Of a DNA stretch of 64,000 nucleotides, positions 13,169 to 23,835 are shown one piece after another; the stretch's first letter is position 1, and every line of letters begins with the position of its first letter. The notes under the pieces were generated by a model. The model did no database searches, was not told the origin of the DNA, and worked only from the letters and a program-made list of their open reading frames with translations. This stretch comes from Microbotryum violaceum. Taxonomy: Eukaryota. The stretch lies in the NCBI GenBank assembly GCA_001244265.2, contig CDLV01000005.1, positions 1,116,001 through 1,180,000 on the forward strand, given 5' to 3'. A program made the position numbers and the translations under genes.

Positions 13169-15310
13169 ATGGGGATCGATTTGCATCTGCTCCAAGCCGA
13201 AAAGGGCGGCGACCTCGAGGCGGTGCTCGCGTCGGAAAAGAAACGTTTCGCAAAGGTCGACTATGTCAACCCAACCTTGGCGCTTTACAAGGAGTGGGTC
13301 AAACGTGAGTGGGGTCTGATGGGCTCACCGGATAGGGTTAATACTGATGGCGTGTCATCATATCTCAACACCCGTCGACCGTGGACAACCTGATGCGGTG
13401 AACCCACTCTGGATCCGGGACACCTGACTCGGTTGCTTCGCGATGCGCCTGCTGGGCTGTGGATCGAATCACACGCCCAATAGTGTCGTTCGACAAGGCC
13501 AATCTGCAGAAGAGGATAAACTCGATCCAAAAGGAGATTGGTCTCAAGATGAAGGTGAGCAGCTGCGACGCGAGCTGATGGGTGCTGAGGCCATCCGTTC
13601 GTTGCAAAACCGTCGTGCTGACCCTTTCCCTGTGTTGTCCTTCATTCTATGGCATTCTATGGTATCTTTTCGACGACTAGGCCAAGGAGGACGCTACACA
13701 ACTCAAGGCCGACAAGACCGCGGTCGAGAAGGAGGTCGCCGAGATGATTGTCAAGGTCAACGACGCCGAGGTCGAGATGAGACGTTCGGCTCACAAGATT
13801 GGCAACATCGTTCACTCGAGTGTACCCGTCTCGGAGACCGAGGCTAGCTTGAATTCCTGAGCTGGGTGAACTCTAGTCTCTGGTCTGGGCTGACCCCTTC
13901 GTCTTGGCATTCGCATCCGAACAGGACGACAATCGAGTCGAGAGGACTTTTCACCCGGACGGCATGACCCCTAACAAAGAGATGACCAAGCCACTCAAGG
14001 GCGTCGGTCGACACATGTTGGAAAATATCCTCTCCCACCACGAGGTCATGTACCGACTCAACATCTTCGAGATGGAGCGAGGTCAGTCAGCCTAGACTTG
14101 TCAGGAAGCGAGCCGCCGATTGACTGAATCTTCGAACCGGTCTTCTTTCGTTACAGGTGCCAAGGTTGCAGGCCACCGAGGATACTACTTGACGGGTGAC
14201 GGTGTTGACTTGAACCAGGCCATGATCAGCTACGGTCTTTCGTTCCTCGCCGGCAAGGGCTACAAGAAGATCCAACCCCCGTTCTTCATGAACCGCGCCA
14301 CGATGGCCAAGACCGCCCAGCTCGAGGAGTTCGATGAGGCCTTGTACAAGATCGAAGGCAAGGGGGTCGATCTCGAAGATACGGAGAAATACCTTATCGC
14401 GACCAGTGAACAACCTATTTCGGCGTTGCACATGGACGAATGGTTCGAAAAGCCTAGCGAGCAGTTGCCGATCCGGTACGCCGGTTATTCAACCTGCTTC
14501 AGGAAGGAAGCTGGATCGAGTGGGCGTGATGTTTTGGGTATCTTCCGCGTGCATCAATTCGAAAAAATCGAGCAGGTAGGTCAAGTTCACGTCCTTGCCT
14601 AGACGAGCCTTCGGTTAACTGACCAGAGCACATTCGCACAGTTCTGCATCACCGACCCTGAGTCGTCGTGGGAGATGTTCGATGCCATGATCGCCAACTC
14701 AGAAGCCTTCTACCAATCGCTTGGCTTGCCCTATCAACTCATCTCGATCGTATCAGGCGCGCTCAACAATGCCGCGGCCAAGAAGTACGATCTCGAGGCA
14801 TGGTTCCCTCACCAGGGCGAGTACAAGGAACTCGTCTCGGTTTCAAACTGCACTGATTACCGTAAGTCGAGCTTCGAACGACTACGATTCAGCATGAGGT
14901 CTAAGCTGATCCACTCGATCACTTCGTGAATGAAGAATCGCGAACACTTGAGGTCCGATGCGGTATCAAGAAACAAGGCGAGAACAAGAAGGTCTACGTT
15001 CACATGCTCAACGGCACATTGTGCGCGACCGAGCGAGCGCTGTGCTGCATCGTGGAAAACTACCAGACGCCCGAGGTTAGTCATTCTCCGTAAGGGTCTC
15101 GCTTCAGGCTAGCTCTGACATAGCTCTTCGCCATATTAGGGGTTGATGATCCCCGAGCCTTTGAGGCCATACATGGGTGGTCGGGACTTCATTCCTTATG
15201 GTGAGTTAGTAGTGGCGTGGGACCGCTACTTTCACTTCAGATGCTGACCCGGTTGCGCGCCTACCACAGTTCGAGAGTTGCCCAAGCCGACGAAGCCGAC
15301 TAAGAAGTAA
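13169..15310 (+). CDS. SES1: Cytosolic seryl-tRNA synthetase
   Basis: [66 protein letters not shown]; many introns; stop TAA at 15308-15310. Confidence 0.96.
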
Positions 15311-15736
15311 TGGCGTGATTCTTCGTTTTGACTAGATGTCCCGTCGGCAGAAGTAGCTTGATTCCTAAAGTGCTTGCAACAGTTTTTTCACGAACGTGGG
15401 CTCAGTGTGCGGGCCAAGATTAAATCAGGATCGTGGGCGGGGCCTCCTCGGGAGCTCCTCGGGCCTCGGGGAGCTGGAGTGCTCGGAGTCACGGCGTCAC
15501 CGAATCGACGATTTCCGGGCCACTATGCTCGACCGCTATCTCCTGTCGGAAGTGGCGAAGCCCGAGTGAGCACTGAGCGCTCAGCACCGCATTCAGTGTG
15601 ACAGCTCGGAGAGGGGCGTGGGGCGACGGACTTCGTTTCCATTTGCGATGCCATCTGCTGAGCTCACATACTCTGTCTTGAATCTCCCTTTCATCGTCGT
15701 TCTCGGCATTATCGGTTACTACGCTTCGTGGCTACC

Positions 15737-17315
15737 ATGCGATGTCAATGTGCGACACTCTTGGTATCGCTGGTCCTCGGCCCGGTCCTCGTCCAGGTCG
15801 CTTCCACACCGACCCAAAGGCCGGACCCCCCAATTGGCCTAACCTACCTCTCTGCCTCCGTGACCAAGGACCTGACTGACGAGTGCATGGTAGCAGCGGT
15901 GATGTTGTTGAAATCCCACCTCGTGAGTACAACCGCCACCCTCGAACGATGAGACATGCCCCGACCCTCCTTGCAAACACCTGGCAAACTCAGCTGACAC
16001 GTACCGCCGCTCCACTCGCTCGCGCGGCCCTCACCCAAGACAAGCTGCATCGACGTGCCGGGCTTCATGACTGTGCTCACCGCCGACAGGACAGCTACCA
16101 CCACCTCACGTGAGTCCCGCCTCGTTCTTCGCCTGCAACTTGTCCGATGTTTTGCACTCGTGTCTCAGGCACATGTGAATCGTACTCCCGCGGTTCCTCG
16201 GTCCCGGACTTGTGCCTCATATCGCGGTCGAGGTGAAATACCGATACGTCGGCGTGAAGGACCTCGTATCCTTATTGCAAATCCCAGCTAGTCTTGCTCG
16301 AACGTACACACCCCGCCGTACCGATGTCCGTCTCCTGTCGGGCGGCAAAGGCGGTAAAGGCGGTAAAAACGGTAAAGGCGGGTACCGCCCGGAACCAGCG
16401 GTCTCTGATCGAATGGAGGTCTTGTACCTAATGCTGAACGCATTGGCTCGTGGATCTGATTCGCAGTACAACATTGGATGGAACCGTTCTGCAGCCGGAC
16501 ATGCGACCAAGCCGCCCTGAGCAGTACGAACCACACTATGATGATGGGGTGCTCGACCGACATTACCATGGGTATTTCGCCACTTCCCGTACGTTCGATC
16601 TCTGAATAACTCAATCAGTGAAGCTGTCGTCGATGCTGATGTGCGGGCCGATTCGTACACAGGGGGTCATTTTGAGTAAGCTCTCCTGATGAAAAGCCCT
16701 CACTTCTGCTTGTCAGCTTGGTTCACACCGAATGACTGATACTTCGCTCGATCCTGCTGTTTCGTTCCAATTAAATCAGTGGTTTTAAAGAACTACGCAA
16801 TGATGAGAACCCTTGCTTGCGCAGAGACCTTCGACGAGCATGCGAATTGTATCGCCACGTTGGTCCAAAACCTTCAGCAGGCGAACAACGCCGTGTACAG
16901 TTTCCATGACATGCTCAACCTTGGGAAGCACCTCGATCAATTTCAGAAACTTCCTACCGCCCAGCTCTGCAGTGACTGCAACAAGGTGCTTTTCACCACC
17001 ACCGAGCAAAACAGCGCGGACGCCACGATGCGGCAGAACCTGTTCAAGCTCGTTCAGTCGAGATGCGGACCAAGCTTCATCAATGGCGCATTACCATCGT
17101 CGGTGACGTTCGTTCAGGGAATTACGAACACTCCTAGTGCCGGAGACTTTGGCTCAACGGGTTTGAACGCAACTCCAACATCTGGTCGAGATCCGTCAAT
17201 GCGAGAAGGGACACATACTTCGGACAGCCACCCCGTCGTCACGGTGCGGGTGCAGTTGGAAACTTTCGCAGTCGTTGCTGTAGCGGGGCTCTTAGGGGGA
17301 ATCCTCGTCTTCTGA
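15737..17315 (+). CDS. Secreted Cys-patterned, putatively GPI-anchored protein, paralogue 1 of 4
   Basis: Exons 15737-15922, 16040-16109, 16467-16588, 16663-16675 (13 nt), 16780-17315 splice in frame; signal-peptide-like N-terminus, W..FC..TC, GC.TD, LC.DCNK.LF, CG.SF..G..PS, S/T-rich tail and hydrophobic C-terminus. Confidence 0.8.
16341..16382. repeat. 9-bp minisatellite (GGCGGTAAA-like x4) within an intron
   Basis: ggcggcaaa ggcggtaaa ggcggtaaa aacggtaaa ggcggg inside intron 16110-16466. Confidence 0.8.
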
Positions 17316-17719
17316 AGGGTGAGGGGTAGACATTCCTGCTTATTATTAGTAACATAGTGAATATCTACCGTGTGGTGAGAAGAAATTGCTGCCCATTTCG
17401 CTTCCTAGCCAGAGTCGGAAAGCCGGTGGCACACCGGACTGCAAGTAAGAGCCGACCCTGCTTTGCTCCGCTCGTCCGCTCGGTCATCCAGCGATGGGCC
17501 GCGGTGGATCGACACCCCCTGTTGAAGTCTCTCCGGACCGGTTAGGTCGAGCTTAGCGCCAAGGCTTGTCAGTCCAAGCCGCCGCTGGCGGGCTCGAGCG
17601 GCGCAGAGGGGCGCAAGCTCAAAACTGGAGTCGTCAAGAACGTCGTGCCTCTTCACCTTTTTCCATCTTCACCACACCTCCCTACACTTTCCACCTCTAC
17701 AAATCTTCGTACCTAACGA

Positions 17720-19203
17720 ATGCTGCTCCTCGCGCAATGGAACTTCCTTGCGGCGGTCTCGCTCGCAGTAGGCTCTACTCGGGCTGCCGCCGGCCCTGTC
17801 GATCCCATGACCGCTCTCATGAACAAGCTCAGCGAACCATGTACCGCCTCCGCCGTTCAATTGCTCGGCTCAGACTTTGTAAGCTTTACTGCCATCCGTA
17901 TCCTCATCCTCATAGGCCCTTTTCCGAGTCTGGCTACCCTTCAGCAACGCTGACGCCTGCTTGATCTCGCGGGAACATCAGGCGGCGTGCAGTGATGCGA
18001 TGGATTTCATGGCCGTCATAGAGGCCCAGTCCAACCTCGCGGGAAGCCGTCAGTCTAACATTTACGCTTTTTTCAAAATTCTCTCGTACACGACTCGGCG
18101 ATAGAGGTAGAGGCACCGGCCGGGAACGTTGCGAAGATGCAAGTCGCCACGCTCGCCTGGCTGAGGGTAGACAATCGCCTCCTTTTTCGCCTGATCCCAC
18201 ATTTCCCCTGTCCTCCCCAGCGATGCGCGGGGGACCAAAGTCACGGGACCTTGATGTCGTTACGCGCCGGCCAAGTGTTGCGTGGTCACAGCTGACATTG
18301 ATTTTCGCTCTTCACACGTAATTCATCACAGTGATGAGCTGGTCCACCAATATCTGCAAAATCAACTGCTCAGATAAGGCGCTGAGCGACGCCCGCACGA
18401 TCGTGACCAGTGGATGCAGCAAGGATCTCCAAGATCCCAATTCGCTTCCGGTAAGTATCAGAAGGTAAAAGTAGGTATTTTCAATCTTCTTGCTGAGTGT
18501 GTAACAACTCCTCTTTCCGATAGGCTCTCATCCTTGGTAAATACTGTCCTCCAGCACTTCGCGGGGGAAGTGTCTGCGCGCAGGGTCAAGTATGTGTGAC
18601 TAACGTGATTCTTGACGTGGCTCGACCGATGTCCGAACCATAGGTGCGATCACCAACTACCCCGCCCTTCGTCACGGTGGATGTTCGTACGACAAACAAC
18701 ACAACACCAACTGCCTCGCCAACTTTGTCACCACTTACGAGAAGTACTCAGGACAGAGTTTGACGATCTCTTCGTTCCTCGAGCTTGGCAAGAACGCCTC
18801 GAGCTTGAGCGTCATCCCTGCCGCAGAGCTCTGCGTTGACTGCAACAAGGTGCTCTATACACTCGGCTACAACCTTTTGGCGAGCAGCCCTCTGGACCAG
18901 AAGGCCCTCTTAACCGAAACTACCACGGTTTGCTCGGCCACCTTTACCGACCTCAAGGATCCCAGCAACGTGACGTTCGTAGGAGAGGCATCCGCGCCGA
19001 TTTCGCAACCTTCGACGACCACGAATGTAAGCTGCACCCCTGGATCGAACCCATCAAGCGAATGCAATCCGGCGACATCGAACCCGTCCGCACCTGGTAC
19101 CACGGTCGCAGCTCGTAACCCCTCGGTAGGCTCGCGCTCGTCGACCGTTGACGGTTCTATCCTCACGGTGTTCGCCCTCATCGGAGGGTTCTTCATCGGT
19201 TAG
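17720..19203 (+). CDS. Secreted Cys-patterned, putatively GPI-anchored protein, paralogue 2 of 4
   Basis: Exons 17720-17878, 17982-18048, 18332-18450, 18524-18536 (13 nt), 18644-19203; same Cys pattern (WSTNICKINC, GCSKD, LCVDCNKVLY), S/T/P-rich tail, hydrophobic end ILTVFALIGGFFIG. Confidence 0.82.
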
Positions 19204-19680
19204 ACCTTTTCGATTCTTAGGTTATCAATTCTTTATTTTCTTGATTCGTTGCGCCTATTATAAGAATTGTTTCACATCCCCGCCCTGCGGGACTACTAGG
19301 CCTCCATTGCTTTCAATCTTACAGTGATCTCTCTCACGCGATGAGAAGGCGCCATTTTAATCAGGACACTCGTAGCGTCACATGATCTTTCCAATTGACG
19401 CATGGGCTATAGTACACGGCAGTCGGAATAAGCGATGATGCGTGCTGGATGGGAGTCGTCCTAGGGTGCTTGACGTCCTCCCGCGTGCCGACTGCGGGAT
19501 AATCCCTGTCCGTGAGCGGCTGATGACGATGGTGCCGTTCCCAGGTCTGTGTGAACTGATCAGAGTTTGATGTTTGCCCAATACTTAAGAAAAACCACCT
19601 CAGATTTTAAATGAGCACTGTCCGTTGCTCTGTTCGCTGAGCTTTGTTGGAGGTGTTAGTAGACCTTGCACTGATATCGG

Positions 19681-19753
19681 GGCCGGATAGCTTAGTAAGT
19701 CAAAGCTTTTCTAATTAATGGAAGCGATCCAGGTTCGACTCCTGGTCCAACCG
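19681..19753 (+). pseudogene. Degenerate tRNA-like element (tRNA pseudogene or SINE head) with intact Pol III A and B boxes
   Basis: 73-nt cloverleaf: D stem GCTT/AAGC, T arm CCAGG-TTCGACT-CCTGG, acceptor GGCCGGA/TCCAACC (2 mismatches), weak anticodon stem, loop AATTAAT; A box TAGCTTAGTAAG, B box GGTTCGACTCC; TTTT about 10 nt downstream. Confidence 0.72.
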
Positions 19754-20329
19754 TTCTCAGCTTTTGTTGAGCATTTTCGGACTCATTGTTGATTCCAACA
19801 AGCTTTGCTATCCAAACTTTCTGAGAGCCTCATCCCTCGGGCGCATAGCTAGACCGAGGAACCTCTTGCATAGACCGCTCGGGCAAGATGTCATTCCTCC
19901 GGTGATGGCAACTGCGAAGCCTAGACTGACTTCTAATCGATCCCTCGAGGGACGCCAGGACTGCCGTAATAGACTGCTGGCGTGTTCGGGCTCCTTGATC
20001 GTTCAGATCGTCCAAGTCTTTCAAGAGAGGAGTGAGTGACTACTAAAAGGGTACTATGCCTAATGTATTTAAAAGAGGAAAGGAGAGCTTGTCTCAGTTG
20101 TGGGCAAGGCTCGTGGGAGGGGTCAGAACGCGCAACGCGCAACTCCTGGAGTATTTCCGTGTTCACTCGATCCCACCCCCTCCACCCCAATACCCCCTTT
20201 TTTCCACAAAGCGACTCACGACTGATTGAAACGTGCCCACTATCTCGCTTCGCAGTTTATCACTCACCATTTAACCAGACAACGACACTCACGCCATCCT
20301 TGCATGCCGGGAAGTCAAAGCCGGCAACC

Positions 20330-21556
20330 ATGCACTACACTCGCCTGTGCCTGCTCTGCGCTGCGCTTTCGAACGCGCCAATACTACTCTCAGCACGGCC
20401 TCAGATCACCATGTCGGCCGACCTCAGCCTTGAATGCTTCATCGCTACCACGGGGTTACTGAGCTCCCCCTTCGTTAGTGAATACGCACCTCCCATCACT
20501 TCCATCGTGCCTTAGATCGTCGCTTACCGCTCCTGCTCCCTCCCTCCTGTCAGGCGCGATGTGCTGATGCCAGCGGTTTCCTCGCTGCGCTAGACGCCAA
20601 AATAGGCCTCGCGGATGCTTGTAAGCGACAGGACAGGAAACAGATAAGGCGATTGCTTCAGCTAATCATTATATTCTAATACTTCGTCACCAAGTGTCGG
20701 ACTGGTTAAATAATTTCTGTAAAGACACCTGTCCGGACGATGCGCGGGCTAAAGCATGGTCTGGTCTAGAAGGCGGGTGCGCGGATGAATTAGCCAGAGA
20801 GATAGCTCTTCCGGTACGTAGCACATGGCTCTCAGTAGGCAGGGCGCGATACCGAATACTGACACTCACCTCCCTGCGTAAAACTCCTAGTCTGTTCTCC
20901 TAGGTACGGGTCATCTACGAAGTTCGGCGACTGCTGTCCAGTGTCCTTTTCGGTTCGATAACTTTGTCGAGTCTAACCCCATCTTGAACGCTCGCTCTAC
21001 AGCTGTGGTGGCGAATTACGACGTCCTGAAACGTAGCGCTTGCACAGGATCGGTCAGCCGGCAGTCCTACTGCTTCGTCGAGTTCGTCAAGGATCTGGAA
21101 GAAGCGAACAAACGGAACTTCACCATGAGCGTGGACTTGCTTAGCCCTACGTGCGCCGAACTGAACGCCGTCCCCAGGTCGAAGCTTTGCACCCTTTGCA
21201 ACCAAATGCTGTTTGAGATGATGGTCAAGCTACTATCACGACCTATAGACCGAGTTACTCTGACCGATCACGCAAGACAGGCGTGCGGCCTCGCCTTCGC
21301 GAGTCTGAGTGCGCTCCAGGCCGACTTCCCACTGCGACCGGTCGGCGGACAATTCGATCAAGCGGTCGCAAGGTACACTGCGGCGGCTATCAAAGACCTA
21401 GACCAACATAATTCGACTCCATCTACCCCAACGACTAGTTCTGCCTACTCATCTCGAACGTTGTCGCGCCGGTCGACTTTCGCCCTCGATACCGTAGTGA
21501 AGGCGGTCGCTCCGACGGCCGCGGCTACGATTCTTCTCTATGGATGGGTGCAGTGA
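20330..21556 (+). CDS. Secreted Cys-patterned protein, paralogue 3 of 4
   Basis: Exons 20330-20473, 20554-20620, 20695-20814, 20891-20903 (13 nt), 21003-21556; WLNNFCKDTC, GGCADE, NYDVLKRSAC, LCTLCNQMLF; S/T-rich tail and moderately hydrophobic end. Confidence 0.8.
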
Positions 21557-22144
21557 TGACCGGGTGAAGCCACTGGATGGGCCACTAATGCTCACGGTAG
21601 ACCCTCACTGGGTATATATATTTATGTGAAGTAGAAAGGTGGTCTGTACCCCAGGCAATTCTTGGCACCAGTGTACGCGGACCGTGCATGCAGGCACGAG
21701 TGTGCTTTGTGTCCTGAAATAGGTGCTCGGCCAATCCGACTGTGGCCACGAGCTCGGGGTGGACTGCAAGTTTGCCTATCTACTTGCACCACAAGATTAT
21801 TGCCGCGGTATATGGCTAGCAAAGACTGTTCCCAACTCCACTGACGCGATCGAATCAGGTACGAATGTGAAAGGTTTCCACGCTGGTGCGCCACTCACTG
21901 CGTGGCCATCAGCCTGAGCTCGGCCGCAGCAGCGCGTCGAGCCTTGGCCATGCGAGGTTAATGACGGCCATACGATCGAGCGGTGAAGCCAAGCTGTCGC
22001 CGAGCCGTTCTGAGCGGTTTGTGTGGAATTCTGAGACCTGACGGAAATCCTGATTCGTGATAAAGTTTGCTCACACCCCTTCCTCTCAGCACCACGAGAC
22101 CCCTCTCAATTAATCACCCCACCTTTCCCTTCTCATATTATTCC

Positions 22145-23522
22145 ATGATGTTGTTCCCTACCACGAAGCGCTCTCAGACTGCTGCCCTGACCGTCGTCGC
22201 CTTCGTCACCGTCGCCACAGCTGCGGAGTCGACCAGCATCGCCACGGGCTTGTCGTCGGCGTGCCAGAGTGCGGTCGTGAGCTTGCTCGGCTCAGACTTT
22301 GTAAGTCAGATTTGGAGGCTGTCGAGTATTCTTCCCAGCATCTGTACCTATCCTCTAGGTCTTGGAATACCACTCGAACCTGCAACCTATCCTCTCGTGG
22401 ACTCGCTGCAGTGCCGGACGCGGACGATCACGTCGCGTCGCGGCAATCACGCAGCCCAGCAGTTCCGACGTCCGTCGTCCGCCGTCGTCATGCAACAAGC
22501 GTTTGCGAACAAGAGCCGTAAGCCGAGCACCACGCTAACCTGTGGCTTCATTGTCTGTTTACAGGGCACTTGTGCTAGTCTTACCGGTCTCGTGGCCGTA
22601 GCTACGACCTCGGGCAGCATCATCAACCCAGGTACGCATCTTCCAAGTCTTCCGATCTGCCTGCCCCGTCGGATTCAGGGCTTCACAGTGCCGCGCGCGC
22701 GACCGCGAGTGAGATCGTGAGACGAGACTGTCGCAGGCGCACGAGACTGACCACCGCACGATCGCCGCCCCTCGACCCCTTTCAAAGTCAACACTTGGCT
22801 GGAAAACATCTGCACCAAGACTTGCAATTCAACGACGCTCATTAACGCACAGAAGGCCGTCTTTACGGGGTGCGCTACTGACATTTCAAGCGGTGTCACA
22901 ACGGCCGTGGCACTGCAAGCGGTGAGTGGGGGTGGGGGTCGGGGGTCACTTGATGTGACAAGCCTGCGCGCACCTAGCGTGCATTCGGGGGGAACGACAA
23001 CTGAGTGATGCCATCTCCGGAACTCCATAGGCCATCGCGTCGTACACGACTTTCAGGTCTGCTGCGTGCATGGAGTCGACGTCCAACTCGACCCTCTGCC
23101 TCACGCAGCTCTTGACCGAAATTCAAGCCGTTAGCGGCAACCTTACGATAACCGAGGTGCTTTCGCTCACCTCGAATCTGACCTCGATTGAAAGCCTGCC
23201 GACCGCCGAGGCATGCTCCGACTGCAACAAGGCTCTTTTCACCACCCTCGAACCCGTCATCACAAACGCCTCGGGAACCGCGTCCTCAGAGTTGAAGGCG
23301 GGGCTTTCGTCCAAGTGCGGTGCCACTTTCGTCAACGGCATGATGCCGTCGTCCGTCAGTACCACCACTGGCAATGCCACCACCGGTTCCGCCGCGACCG
23401 CGAACGGAACCACCTCCACCACGAGCACTTCTCTCAGTGCAGGCAAAGGCTTGCGCCTTACGCTCACCGAACTTCTGGTCGCCGTCGTGGCCCTCGGCCT
23501 GGGCACGGCCGCTCTTGCTTGA
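22145..23522 (+). CDS. Secreted Cys-patterned, putatively GPI-anchored protein, paralogue 4 of 4
   Basis: Exons 22145-22300, 22565-22631, 22788-22921, 23031-23522; LSSACQSAVVSLLGSDF, WLENICTKTC, GCATD, ACSDCNKALF, CGATFVNGMMPS, T/S-rich tail, hydrophobic C-terminus LLVAVVALGLGTAALA. Confidence 0.85.
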
Positions 23523-23835
23523 TTGGACTCAGGAGTCGATTCTACTGCTCGCCAAGGCCAAGGCTGCGAAGTCGTCCCGCTGTCTCCTGTATCTCCATGT
23601 GCATCACCTTTTATACTATCCCGACGCATGACCGTCTTGTGCTAGAATGAGATTCCAAATATAGACACTCCCCGTTGGATTGGAAGTGCACATTCGAGCA
23701 TTCTGCGAAGCGAGAGATGACCTGCTTCCAAACGTCGCCGGACAGGACACCAAGAAAACACGCAGCGCCCTTGGGCTTGATGGTGATAGCACAACATCAT
23801 ATGATTGCACATTACGATGATCCTGGGTCTCCATG

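Noticed and set aside
16212..16520. 102-aa ORF with GGKGGK repeats as a separate gene
   Set aside because: Lies largely inside an intron of paralogue 1, overlaps its next exon out of frame, has a non-ATG start, and its repeats come from the 9-bp minisatellite.
19681..19753. Functional ochre-suppressor tRNA or TAA reassignment
   Set aside because: Lacks U33 and the D-loop GG and has acceptor-stem mismatches; SES1, NPT1, RSA4 and YDJ1 all end normally at TAA.
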